Both the position numbers and the translations under genes were made by a program. The notes under the pieces were generated by a model that did not search any database, was not told the origin of the DNA, and worked only from the letters and a program-made list of their open reading frames with translations. DNA of 63,998 bases, counting the filler, from Basidiobolus ranarum (taxonomy: Eukaryota): assembly GCA_040143965.1 (NCBI GenBank). It is 3 parts of 3 records of this genome, joined end to end, with 100 filler letters (N's around TTAATTAATTAA, not from the genome) between each part and the next. Parts side by side here need not be neighbours in the genome. Positions count along the whole stretch, not along the records: positions 22,313 to 44,521 come from JASJQH010000191.1; positions 44,622 to 63,998 come from JASJQH010000251.1; 1 more part is not named here. The stretch is one strand, 5' to 3'. Shown here piece after piece: positions 40,114 through 52,815 of the stretch. Position 1 is the first letter of the stretch. Every line of letters starts with the position of its first letter.

Positions 40114-42982
40114 TTGCTTTTAGATCTTGGACGCGATGAGATAACAAGAGAGTATAGACACTTTATCGTCTATCGCTCAAATGGAAGGTTTTATAGTTGA
40201 AAGGAGAACATAAAACCTGAAAAGTATCAGTTTTTTGAAGACAATTAGTCTAATTGTATACATTGGTTTGTAAATCGTCAGAACAATATTATTAGCGCAC
40301 ATCTCCAAACAGGTCCAGACAGAATATGAAATCTCCGTGCGAGTTTATGCAGGAAGAAGCGCCAAATCATTAAAGTGAAATAAAGACTCATATTGATGCA
40401 CTGGGCATTCAGACATTATCATTGCAGCATGAGGAATTGTCACTAGATCTATATTTCCACATCGAATCCGATTGTCAAGACAACAATTGCATCAAACGAA
40501 ACATTTATTTATATGCAACCAGATGCAAGCAATCACTTCAGCCCTGCTACAAATCTTTAAAATATAGCATTCACCAAGAACCATTCCTTAATTATAGTGA
40601 TATCCATATAGCGAAATGATTCATCTTCAGCATTTCACTCCCACTCCCTAGCAGGATGGATTGATTTCATTCTTTTGATATTAGGCAAGGGGCTGACGAT
40701 GAAACAGATGCAAGTGAATATACTAATAATAGGTTACCCAGTCAAGTCCCTTGTACATTGATTTGGGACACTCTTGGCATTTTACATTCACTTGTTAGTA
40801 TACAGCTGATACGCCAAGGCATATTAGGCATAAATTGAAAGGATTATGATTTTATGCCAGTCAGGCACAAGAATCCAGGCCAAAAAGACGCATCTCCTTC
40901 GCAACTGATGAGGTATGCAAACTAAACTGCCCTCGAAGGCCTTTAGCTCAAGTAGTCTTCCATGTGTAATAACAACTAATCTCAAGCGTCTTCCCTAAAC
41001 AAACACCGATTAGATGCTGGTAGTAACTGAAAGTAGCCAATCTGGACAATAATAGGCTAGTTGTAACAATAATACTCCCTAAACACTCACTACTGACTTC
41101 TTCACAATATACATTCGCTGATAATGGTGAAGGACATGTAAGCTGGCTACGAAGAAACTCCTGAGCATGGAAGCCGAGTTTATCTGAAATTTCCTGAACT
41201 CTTTTCAACCATTGCATAATGTCCATGATGTGCTTTAATCAGTAGGCCATTAGTGCCAAACCATAGGTATGGAGGATCCAGCGAGTGCCGTGTTCTAATG
41301 ACCAAACCCTATTTTTCATTATTTTCTTATCAATCAGAAAGTGTATGCACCAATTTAGCAATACCCATCTGCTGATAGGAAAAGGTTTCAAAATCGTCGA
41401 TCGAGAAGACATCTATTTCTTATATGTCTAAATTGTCACATACAGGTGCCACAAAAGCTTGCCAATCTTTATCGCATTCTTGATCTTTAAATCAGATTGA
41501 TAATGCCTTACTAGTGGCCACGGGTAAATCCCAGCCTTCATCAAGCCAACCACCGAATCCGTAACTAGCAGAGGTAGGTGGTATAGGGCTAGGGCTAGGG
41601 CTAGGAGACACCTAAGCCGGGTACGATAGAGGAAGGACGTTAACAGCTAGGGATGTGGTTGGGTAAGATATGGCTTGATGTACAAAATGGACAGCAATAT
41701 AGAGTCGACCTGATATGTTCCAAAATCATCAACATCCCATTTGCCGAAGTTACGCCAAGCAAGCCTCGCACAAATAGCATTTCAATACAAAACCTGTTTA
41801 AATAATTGTCATCCTAAGAAAGTAGACTTGCAACGTTCTGCGATCAGACTTTGCGATGAAGGATATCAACGCCAATCATTGTCCCCCATTCCAATTGTTG
41901 ATTTGGTCCGAACTGCCCTCGCCTGTCCACGGCCGTGGTGGGACAATCCACATTAACAGAAATATTGTTCTTTGGTTGCTGCTCTTCATTTAGTCACAAA
42001 TCAAATACCCACCTCAGATCGGAATGATAGTCAGTTGCATCGCTCTCCCCCGCCGGTTGGCCAGTGTGCGCACCACATGTTTCGTGGTCCACCCGATTCG
42101 AAGAGAATAGATGCTGATGTTGAGAAATCTCATCTGCACCATGGCCAATCAGCTCGCAAAGCCAATTTAAGCTGTGTTGCTCGCCTCATCTAGCCCTATT
42201 CAATGTAGCAATTGATTGCCGCCTGCTCACTCTATTTCTGGTGCCTGATGAGCATGCATTGTGCTTTGTCGATGAGGGCGATATCACCAAGGCTCACCGT
42301 CAGGATGCTCTACGAGTCATGCAGACCCCATTCTGCACCACTGTATCCGCCCACCACTTACACATCACTCGACCCTTACTTGATACGCTTAGACATCGCT
42401 CACTCAAGATCCATATCCAGCTCAGGTCAACTGACATGAGTAACACAGCTCATCCTATATGGACTGCTCATACAGAAAAATCACGTTAGACCAATCCCAT
42501 TTCAGCATACTCCGCGAGTCAGCAAATCAACTATTTGGAGACAATTCCAAGTCAATGCACAGAATCTTCTTCACACAAAGTCTATTGGTTGCTCATCTCT
42601 GTTACCCAATCTTCCCTCATTTCCTGTTATGGCATTTGCTTAGGTTGGCAGATATTCAACGAGATAAATTGAACTTGCCTGTACAGAGGACCGGTTCGTA
42701 TTTCAATTTATCCACTCTTATTCATCAATCTCTCTTATTTATATTAATCCTGCGACACTTTCCTCGTCTGTTTTTCTCATATACAACCCTTCGGGCAGAA
42801 TCACCCCTTATTATATTTGTACTTCACTCTTGATTCAATTCACTCGCTAATAGTGGGACCCCTTGTATTTGAGATACTGATATCCTGCTGGTTACTTACT
42901 CTCCTCACTCCACTACCCAAACAGCTGGGTTAAGCTTAGTACCTTTCCACAACGACTTCAGATTTAACTGTTGGAATCGGAT

Positions 42983-44185
42983 ATGAGTTCTGAATCGGCT
43001 TCCAGTATATCACAATCTACTTGCAAAAGAAAACTCCCTTCTTCTTTTGAATCAGGTACCATTCTTACTGGCAAATACATACACCTATATAACATCACTA
43101 AACTGTATACATTTTCAGTTTCTCTTCTAGAGAATTCTAATAAAACTGACGACTCTTGGAAAGATGTCAATGCTAACATTCGAAAAATGGACGCTTTATA
43201 CGACGCCTCCTTCTACACATGGTTGAAGAATGAAGAAAATGTATTAGTTACTTCGGTATATCTTCACCGTATCGCGAACGAATACAATTTAGAACGTATT
43301 GTTGCCGCTCTTCAATGGCTAATTGCAGAATGGCGGATAGAGTCGGTAGTATTATTGGTCCGACATATTACGCTTGATTGGGCTGTGCCTTTGCCTGACA
43401 TGACAGAGCAGGCTGTGCAAACAGTATTAGATTTGGCTGAACGTAGACGAGCACACTTGGTAAAGGATTTAACAAAAAAGTGGACTTGTAACTCTATGGC
43501 TCAATTGGCAGGTGGACTCATGAATGGTTGGGTTTGCATGAAGCAGAAAGAACGTTTTTTGGCCGCTTTAACATTTGATTGGGATTTTCGTCGACTATCC
43601 GAGTTCTTCAGTTATTTACAAACATCAGCAAATCTCGATTATCGCATTAAAGTCTCCCTACTTCAAGAGGCTGTACGTCGAGATAAAGTACGCCACGCGA
43701 AATACTCAACATCAGCTAAATCTCCCACTGTATTATCTCCACCAAGACGTCGCCGCAGCCGACAAATATCTAATCTGGCATGCAAGAAAGTCAAGACTTG
43801 TCCTGGTAGCCAGGATGACATAGAGATGTTTACTCAGGTATCCGAGGATTCCCACAAAAGTGGTGTATCATCTGGATCGTTAACTACGGAATGTATTAGT
43901 TCACTTGGACCTACTAATCCTTTGGCCGATATCACTGGCACACGGTACATTTTAGAGGCTGGTATCGATTGCTGTTGCCCCTCCAACACATCGTGTAGTC
44001 ATCAAGCGCGACATACTAGCGGTGCGTCCTCAAGTAAAACTGATTCACCATCGACAGAGATTGTTGATTCGATTGTGATATCACCTACTAATGAAGACTC
44101 ATTATCTGCAAAAACCAATTTACCAAATCCCGAAAACTCTAATCCACAGAGCCAGACATCTAAACGTCGCACCTCTTTGATTTAA
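42983..44185 (+). CDS. Uncharacterised protein: helical Trp-repeat domain plus Ser-rich disordered tail
   Basis: ~400-aa intronless ORF (ATG at 42983); periodic L-[TIM]-x-x-W motifs; basic PPRRRRSRQ stretch. Confidence 0.78.
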   Translation: MSSESASSISQSTCKRKLPSSFESGTILTGKYIHLYNITKLYTFSVSLLENSNKTDDSWKDVNANIRKMDALYDASFYTWLKNEENVLVTSVYLHRIANEYNLERIVAALQWLIAEWRIESVVLLVRHITLDWAVPLPDMTEQAVQTVLDLAERRRAHLVKDLTKKWTCNSMAQLAGGLMNGWVCMKQKERFLAALTFDWDFRRLSEFFSYLQTSANLDYRIKVSLLQEAVRRDKVRHAKYSTSAKSPTVLSPPRRRRSRQISNLACKKVKTCPGSQDDIEMFTQVSEDSHKSGVSSGSLTTECISSLGPTNPLADITGTRYILEAGIDCCCPSNTSCSHQARHTSGASSSKTDSPSTEIVDSIVISPTNEDSLSAKTNLPNPENSNPQSQTSKRRTSLI

Positions 44186-44521
44186 AAAGTTAACATTCTA
44201 AATACTTAACTGACTGATCGATCGCACCCCATTGCTATACGTATATTCATGCTGTGCTCTAGACATATTCATTCCCTTACCCTCACCCACTCTTCTGTAA
44301 AACCTCACCTCTTTTCTTTCAGCACTGTGACCAAAGTCACACGCAGTATACATAGAACAATGTATATGATTCTGTTGATTCGTCTCACCCCAAGTTTCCA
44401 CTCTGTTTCTCATATACTTCGCACACTCTTTTGATTCCTTTTGAAGCCTCCCCATGACTAACCAATCTCCATTGGCTCTACGTAAATAGTAGGATTCCTG
44501 TGATTCAACTGATGTAATAGA

Positions 44522-44621
44522 NNNNNNNNNNNNNNNNNNNNNNNNNNNNNNNNNNNNNNNNNNNNTTAATTAATTAANNNNNNNNNNNNNNNNNNNNNNN
44601 NNNNNNNNNNNNNNNNNNNNN
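44522..44621. other. Artificial contig-joining spacer
   Basis: N44-TTAATTAATTAA-N44. Confidence 0.97.
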
Positions 44622-44729
44622 TGACAAAACTATAAATGTCAACTTTCTACTCAATAAATCAATAAGTGAAAACCACCAATTCCTCTAATTCTCCAAACCA
44701 CTTCCAACAGGCTCCCAAATACTTTAACA
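44622..44729 (+). repeat. 3' part of solo-LTR family, copy 3 (cut by contig end)
   Basis: Closely matches 1083-1190 (ctcaataaatcaataag...ctctaattctccaaaccacttccaaca...aaatactttaaca). Confidence 0.8.
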
Positions 44730-45177
44730 AGAGGAGCATATATTGGTCATCAAACTCTTATAAGCTTGTATATTTTATATATTGCATGCAGAGTATAATG
44801 TGAGCAAGTTGGTACTATATCCTCAAACCTTATCTTTGAGTTTTAATATTGTGTTACATTAGTATTTCCATGGACTTTCAATCTATCACTATCATCATCA
44901 TGACCATTTACCATCACCGTGCACATGCATCTAAATTAATTTCAGAATTGGGTCAATTCCCAGCCATATTTCAACATGACTCTAGGCTAAACTATTAAAT
45001 AACGATGGATCAATACCATGGCCACTCATTTTTTTCGTTGTATTCCCTAATCCCCTTCACTGGTTGATCATATTTTGGTTGTACGTTTAATTCAATTTAC
45101 TCCTTTAAGACCTACTTAGTAACTTTCATTCACACAGCCCATACATTTTTTAACTTCCAAGTGTTTGAGTTGCAACC

Positions 45178-46028
45178 ATGCGTTCACTCACTTTTTGTTT
45201 ACTATTTTTCTTGTCCATGCTGAATGTCATCAACGCTTTTGACGAATTGCCGGGAAGTATAACAGGTCGGCACTTGAAGTTTATCCTTGCTTTCAACGCC
45301 AATGTATTAATATCTTTGGAAACTTCCCATTATTTTAATAGAGATTTGCAGCATTTACACAGATTGCTCCACTTGCAGTACTCTCTCTGACTGCGGTTTC
45401 TGCAGTACTGTAAGTTTAAATTACTCTCTTCCCATTTTTCTCCAGTTGTTAATTTGTTAGAACCAACACCCTCTAGAGCAAGCAGTGTATACCAGGGGGT
45501 TGGTTCGAACCATTGAATGTTACAGATTGCCAACCAAAGGATTATCTATATCGACAATGCTATGGTAATTCACTAAGCACGTATAACTCGTTTGACAACA
45601 AATTTATGTTTTAGATGTTATTTTCAGTACCCAATACACATGTGTTCCGTGGAGTGGTTTTAAGCCTTGTGGTTCTTTTACTCCTTGTATCTTCATATAG
45701 TGTATGGATATGTCTAGCAAGCATATTTTCTTCAGCTGAAAAGGTGTATCTGCTACCACAGAATGATCGACGTGTATCGTATAGTGCAGTTTGGGAGGAA
45801 CCTGAGGCAGAGCCTGAACCGGAACAATCCCCTTCCACGTGGGAATCTTGGTTTATTCATGAACAAGAATCAACTTCAATGCCAAAGCAAAAGAAGGACC
45901 AAGATTCCATCGAAACTTCTTCTACCACTTCTTCCATACTAGGCGGCTCTCCTGAAACCGGTACATGGTTAGCGAGGAAAAGAGATCTCATAGAGAAATA
46001 TCTTAACTCTGGCTATCGACGCCATTAA
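45178..46028 (+). CDS. PSI-domain single-pass membrane protein, PTTG1IP-like, 4 exons
   Basis: Signal peptide; spliced C-SIYTD-CSTC-STLSD-CGFC-STSKQ-CIPG...C...YRQC; one TM helix; C-terminal RKRDLIEKY. Confidence 0.72.
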
Positions 46029-46449
46029 ATATACTTTCGAAATTCACCTTGTAACCACACAGTAATTAATTTATCTCTTTCCTGCATTTACGAAATTGTA
46101 TCTCCGATACTACTATACCTACCCTACATACTAATGACCACCCACTCTACCTATCTGTATCATTATTTCGTTCACGGATTTTTGAATAATTTTGATATTA
46201 ATTTCCGATATAAATTAGGAGCCAACACTAGCTAAATTTTGCTCTTTTACTGCAATATTTGCTACAGAAGATGCTTATTAATTTTGTTAGGGCAACTGAG
46301 TAGTTTAACATGATGTTTATTTTCTGGAATGTTAATATATGAATAATGCAACTGATGAGACTCAGGGTGTTGTAGAAGCGTTACTAGGTAAATGTACAGT
46401 TGAAAAGGTCAAGTGAAAATGAATTGACGATGAAGGGCCGGAACGAGAA

Positions 46450-46674
46450 TCAAGGGAACTTGGTCTTCTCGGCTTCACTTTTCAAGTTTTCTTTGAATGT
46501 TTGAGCGAAAGTGGTAGCTCTCTTAGAAGCATCAGTTACAAAAGGTACACCTTTCTGGGAGATGGTAGAAACGTGCTCATGAGTTTTAGCAGCAAGACGT
46601 TGGAATCCTGGATTGGAGACAAGCTTCTCAGTGATAAATTGGTTAGCCCAGTAGTTGATAAGTTTGCCGAACAT
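46450..46674 (-). CDS. Small 74-aa protein, Mrx7/NCBP2-AS2-like
   Basis: MFGKLINYWANQFITEKLVSNPGFQRLAAKTHEHV resembles the L..SP.F.R motif of this microprotein family. Confidence 0.6.
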   Translation of the reverse strand: MFGKLINYWANQFITEKLVSNPGFQRLAAKTHEHVSTISQKGVPFVTDASKRATTFAQTFKENLKSEAEKTKFP

Positions 46675-47416
46675 ATTGACTAGTGAAGATTTTCTGAAAG
46701 AGAGAAAACGGAAGAGAAGTGAGCTTCCATAGAAATTATTTATATCCAATTTTTGGTGACCATTTTTGAATAGAATTTTCGAGATAGATGTATCTTTGTT
46801 TGCCGCAGCCGCAGTTTTTAGATTTGGTAATTTTGACTCTCCAATTCAAATCTGTACAATGCTTGATTTGTAGTAAACTACCGACAATATGAATACCCAT
46901 CCAATGGCAACGATGGGGTCATCCGTCCCCTCCCCAAGGTTTTGAGTGTTTCACATTGATTTTAGCGCTTTTACTTAATTCCCCACTAATTTCCCCACCA
47001 AATTGAGGTTTAACTCGCCAAATGAACAACACTGTTAACTATGATGAATAACGGCAAAGTGAGGTGTGATGGCAGCGTTTGATTTGATTTTTGACCTGAC
47101 AGATGCTCCCTTTTTCAAGAGATGAGGGTAACTTAGGGTGATGATTCCTGTTACTATATTGCAAACAGGATGTGCAGGAAAGCGCAGTCCTATTGACTAT
47201 ATGTTTCCCAAATATTAGGAGGCCACTTTATTGGCTTCTCCTGAAATGTTCTATATATCACTGCCTACTAGACTAGTTTATATATTAACTTGCTGAAGAA
47301 GGGATAAAGTTCAAGTGATATCTTCTGGATAGTCTTACTACCTATACCAGTGTAAAATCCAAGTAGAAACCTCGCGACTATTCTCTAGTTGAAAACGTTC
47401 CTTTCGCTTTGTATCC

Positions 47417-48646
47417 ATGTCATTTTATGAGTTATCCACTACGGTAGATATACTAGATTCAGAAGAAGTTTCTGACTGTGTACTGTTGAACTTGAGTACA
47501 CCAGGTAAATTTATGTCTACAAAAGTATTTTCGTTCGGATATTTATATTTGACATTAGATTCCTCCGCAAGACAATACGATGATCTGGTAAATTCACTCA
47601 CACATCGCACTTCTACTATATCCGGGAACGTCTCAGCCACCCAAAGATTGATTACAACATTAGGGACTACTAGAGAGACCATAAACACCCGGGACTCTAT
47701 GTAATTTCCTTTGCAATGAATTCCTTCTTTTCTACCCTGAGACTGACTTTACCCACTGCAGAATTAACCAAGTCAAAGTGACTAGAGAATTAGTCAAATG
47801 GGTCAACACAGACCTCAAAAAATTAGGAAGTTTTAACTGGAGTGATGAAACAACTCGGGTAAGTAAAAAACATCTCACTTCATCTGCAAATTACCCTAAT
47901 TATTGAACCAATCGGGTGGATTGTAGAAACAACGAAAGACAGAATATCAAAAGTTGTTGAAAGATTTTCAATATGTTCTCAAACAATTTCAAAGCGTCCA
48001 ACGCACCTCTGTTAATAAAACCAAAGACTATGTAGACTCTGTAAAGAATCAAGACATCCGAAACGATGAGAGGTAATTGTGTATTCGTGACGTTCCACGT
48101 CCGGAGATGTAACTCACTGAGCTTCTGGTTCTAGGCATAATATTTGTTCAGAGGATCAGGAGGATGAACAACCACTACTCAATACCTCCGAAGAACGGTA
48201 TTTATGCATATATATCCCATCTACAGCAACGTCCAATCCGTAGTAATGCATCTCGAATAGGTACCAAACTCAAATTCTGTCGAATGAACTGGACTGGCAT
48301 GAGTCCTTAGTACAAGAACGTGAAGCGGAGATTCGCGAGATTGAACGAGGCATAACAGAGTTAAACGAGATATTTCGTGATGTTGGAAACATTGTACACT
48401 CCCAACAATCCTTATTAGGTAAACAAATTCACTTTTGGTCCGATTGAGCATAACTGACATGGAATACTTTCTAAATTAGATAATATCGAAAGTAACGTCA
48501 CTTTCATGTCGATGAACATCTCCCATGCCAACGATGAACTTTCTAAAGCAAACAATTACAGCCGCAAGAAGCGTGACTGTTTTTCGTGTATGATGATGGT
48601 GGGATTTCTAGTGTTCTTTCTGCTTCTGTTACTCTCAATCACATGA
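47417..48646 (+). CDS. Syntaxin t-SNARE (Pep12/Vam3/STX7-like), multi-exon
   Basis: Habc region (LGTTRET; QQRKTEYQKLLKDF..VLKQFQSVQR), SNARE motif EREAEIREIERGITELNEIFRDVGNIVHSQQSLLDNIESNV, C-terminal TM helix. Confidence 0.88.
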
Positions 48647-48878
48647 TATTTAACACTGTAACCATAAAAATTAACCTGACTTTACTGGAACCAAAACAAT
48701 CTATCATTTCGAAATAAATTACTTGTATACTAACCAACTCCAAAGCCACCCCTTTTGCCTGCTGAAACATGTCTAGTTGTCCATATACATATCTAAAATC
48801 ACCGACGGTGTAAGGTACTAGTGTTTATTTCGTTTAATGTTATTAACGTCTACGGAGTTATCAATTCTTTTAAGCGAG

Positions 48879-50488
48879 TTATTTGTATGGATTAAAGCGA
48901 GAAGAGCTTGGAGTGGCCTACCAAAATAGCTAAGTAAATGGGTTCGATAGAACATGCAGGTAAGTGATAGTGAAGTACCTTGGCTACAGAAGGCGATTGC
49001 TTTGAGGTAAAAGAGCTTACTGTATTGGTGTTATTAGCATCCCAGTAGCAAAGTTTGGCATCTTCTCCACCAGAAAGCAATATTCCAGACTAAACAGAGT
49101 ATTAGAAATCAAGTAGACTTAAGTTGTGAGTTTTTATAAGCTGGACTTACTGGAACATCCCAATATACACTTCGAACAATATCCGTATGACCACCACTCA
49201 AAATATCACATAGTTGAAGAGAGTCAGCATTCACATGGAAGATACCCATATCACCACTAATAAAAACCCATGTTAGTATCGCTTAGCTAACTTTGCTTAA
49301 CTAAAATTCGACAAAAACTTACTCGATTGTGCCTCCTAGTAAGTACAATCTCTGAGCAGAGGTGTCATAACGACAATCGATTGCATAGTTCAAGGGGAAT
49401 TGCTGTTCTACCGCTTGGCGTGTATCTCCGAAATTAGCCAGTACCTCGCCCTATCAACGCATGGTTAGTTTCAACGAGAGTAAAGGATCGGATCGTTTAG
49501 AGTAATTTCACAAAGCCTCATGTCGACACCTTTCATAATATATAGTAACATATACCTCATGGTTCCAGAGGGAGAAGGTCTCCATATGATTTAGACAATA
49601 AATGTACTCGAAAGATGGGCCAAAGAATCCGATTTTCGATACAGATGATCCAGTGTTAGCCACCGCCAACAGAGCATCATCTTCATTGATAGAGATATCA
49701 TAGGTACATATGAGTCCGTCTACTGCACCACTAGACAACTTCTTCGGGTCATTTGGATGAAAGCGAACCTGTAATTCTATCGTTAATTACCGGGTTTTAT
49801 GAATGATACTCTATGTTGGGGCTTACTTGAGTGACATCGTCGTTATGAGATTCAACGAATTCTGTTACTAAATTATTGGTTCGAACGTCCCTAAAGAAAA
49901 TTTAATCTTTAATTTCCAAGATGTATGATTCAGTTAATAGTATAATATTCCCACCAGAATAGAATCTTGGCGTCGTCATCAAGCTCTGTTCCAGCGGCAA
50001 GTGCAGTATCGTCCGAATTAAAGTCAAAAGTGAGTAGAGACTCGTTCTTCTTAGCTATTTCAAGATTTGTAAGTTCATGTTCAACCAAATTTGGAGAATA
50101 AATGTTCTTCTCTTTCGACTTTTCGTCACTAAAGAAAAGGTGGTATATATTTAAATACACACTTACATTTAAAGATTTGAGCAGGGCCGTCATTACTCCT
50201 CAAGTCCCATACGGCGACGGAACCGTCTTTAGAGGAAGATATCAAGATATTATCTTGTTTGTATTTAATCTCGGTCACATTGTCTTTATGAAATTGGAGT
50301 GTATTCAAAATACTCAACTTCTCTCTATCGTATAGTTTTATTTGGTGATTAGAGGCAGAGACGGCGAATTGTGTTGAATTGACGGCACTTGCCACGTCGA
50401 AGATGTAGCTTTGGTCGAGAGAAAATAAAGTGGACTTCTTCAACCATAATTGCGGAAATATGTTGGAATTAGGTTTGGTTAACACCAT
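48879..50488 (-). CDS. WD40-repeat protein, WDR89/YNL035C family, multi-exon
   Basis: SSSKDGSVAVWDLR, AAGTEL, ESHNDDVTQVRFHP, SGAVDGLICTYD, GGHTDIVRSVYW, SGGEDAKLCYW, C-terminal RFNPY. Confidence 0.88.
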
Positions 50489-51000
50489 ATCTATATAATG
50501 TGTACTTATATCTATATCTCAAGGAATAGTTGGTAACCAAAGTTTCGAACTATTAATTATAATATGATAGTCATCAAATAGTACCAATGGTAGTGAACAT
50601 GTTGAAAAATTTCAAAAAAAAAATGGTTTCCTGAATCATTGGAAAAACTCAATCTGCGTATAGACTGATTTCATAAACTCCGTAAGCAAATAGTTACACT
50701 CATAGGGTTGCCATTAAAGAAAGTTCGATTGATTGATTGCACACCCTAACCCTCTCTTTAAACAAGTTAAATTATAGCATACATCTCTGAGAGTGGAGCT
50801 GAGCCAGATGTTTGCAAATATTTAGAACCAGTCATGTTATATGTAACGTAATCTACAATGTACCAGGTTTAGAAATGTACGAGGTGGCTTAGTACAATTT
50901 GTTTTCTCTTTAAGACTCTCAAACAACAGAACATCACCAAAGAGTTCCGTCCCATTTTCTATTAAACCAAGTAACTCAAAAGAAACGAAGAAATACAAAA

Positions 51001-51597
51001 ATGAAATTCACCACAGGCATTAGCTTAACATTCTTGCTGCTTGTACTCACACATAATTCTTTGGTTCAAGGAAAGTTCGACCCTGACGAGGAGCATAGTA
51101 ACTATGGTGATATGGAAAAGGCTCGCTCGTAAGTAACATATAATTCATTTTTGGTTCTTTACTCAATACTGTTATGGAGGAACTTTATTGATGAGACAGA
51201 CAGAAGACTATGGTTATTTACTTTTTGTGTTTAAGGTTTGTGAAGTCATTTCTGGCACAAAAAAAGTCAAAGGACTCTTTGGAGGTGAATGAAGCGGACA
51301 CTCCTTACTTCCTTTTCAATGTATATGACACTGATGGTGACGGTTACTTGGACGGAAATGAATTGCGTAATGGATTCAAGGAGTTTGAAGAAAAGGAGAA
51401 CGGTAAAAAACACCATTCTTTAGAGGCATTGAATGAATACGTGGATCATGTATTAGGAGAAGATGATATTGACGGAGAGTAAGTTGAACAAACTGAAGAT
51501 ATCTCTTTGAAACTCATCACTAACCTTACCATTTTCTAGCGGTAAAATATCCATGGAAGAGTATTTAGCTAGTCAGGAATACCATGAATCCGATTAA
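51001..51597 (+). CDS. Secreted/luminal two-EF-hand protein, MCFD2/Ssp120-like, 3 exons
   Basis: Signal peptide; EF-hands DTDGDGYLDGNEL and DIDGDGKISMEEY (second hand split by an intron). Confidence 0.85.
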
Positions 51598-51874
51598 TGC
51601 TTCACCCACCCTGAATGCTTGTTTATCTAACTAAATATATTTCTGCTAAATTATTTTAATACGAAACAAACATAAAGTTAAATACTTTACATAACAATTA
51701 ATCATTGGTCAATTACCTTACCTTCCAATATTCGTTTGAGATTGAATGAAATTGATTTCCAGCAGAAATACAAAAAGAAAAAAAATTGTAAGCATACTTT
51801 TTTACGAAAGAAGACAAGTGGATTTATTAGCTTGAACATAACTGCCAGTCTAGGTTCATTTTGTTTTCAACACC

Positions 51875-52403
51875 ATGTCACAAAAAATCTCTAAAAAAGC
51901 TTTAGAAGGACTTTTGCGTGACCTCAACGGTAAATCTACTCGCAAAGAGGTCAGCAAAGTAAAGAAACCTAATAAGTTACCGGATACCAAGAAGGGTTTG
52001 AAAAAATTCAAACTTGCTCAACGTCTTCTATCAAAGAAGAAGGAACAGAAGTCTCATGTCAATCCACTCGGTGTGTAGAAGTTTACTCTGTATTAGGAGC
52101 AATGAAGTACAACCTTACTAACATGGATCTTCTCCATTACTAGACGAGCTTCGTGGCGAAAAAGAGATCCAAGAAAAAAATTTCCAAAAGAATCTAGAAT
52201 ATTTCAAGAGCACTACAAAAACTAGTTCGTCAGAGAAGGAACTCAGAAAACAGGTATTTATTACTATTTATTAGTTTTGGTGATAAGTTTATGTTACTAA
52301 AACCCTGGGGTTTCTTCAGGTCCTTGAGCGTTTGAGCGCTTCCGCCGTACCCAAGAGTTCGAAAAGAGATATTGATTCTGATGATGAGGAATATTACCAG
52401 TAG
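51875..52403 (+). CDS. Small Lys-rich, probably nucleolar protein (AROS/Rrt14-like), 3 exons
   Basis: MSQKISKKALEGLL, KNLEYF and acidic tail DSDDEEYYQ; family assignment tentative. Confidence 0.55.
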
Positions 52404-52815
52404 CTACATAGTTAATCCACCACTTAGTGTAATTGTCCGGTCTATCAACAATGGCTGCAAAGGGAACTTACATAGAAGGTTAAACTCCCTATATATCAAT
52501 AGAATGTTCGCTTAATAATATATCAAACGAGATCTCCTAGCGTGCCGTTATTTACCGACTCCTCGCCTTTCTGTCAAATAAAATCATTCTAACTCAAACG
52601 AGATCTAAACATACTGAGCGGGATGTCTCGGTAACACATGTTGAATTCATTATAAGGATTAGTGGCTATTTATTACGAGTGTGTATTCGTTGTATTCCAT
52701 ATAAATGATACTCTCTACGTCAACAGGTGATGATTCATGAACTACAATGAAAATCTAAAGTAAGCCAAGTTTTGTTCTAGTCGATGTTGGTGGATATCGT
52801 GCTAATTGGTACAGC

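Noticed and set aside
40948-41226. 92-aa minus-strand ORF with gag-like DIMQWLKRVQE
   Set aside because: Similarity too weak to call; at most an eroded retroelement fragment.
41741-42833. Cluster of short plus-strand ORFs
   Set aside because: Mostly non-ATG starts, no domains and no convincing splice pattern; more likely promoter or 5' UTR of the 42983 gene.
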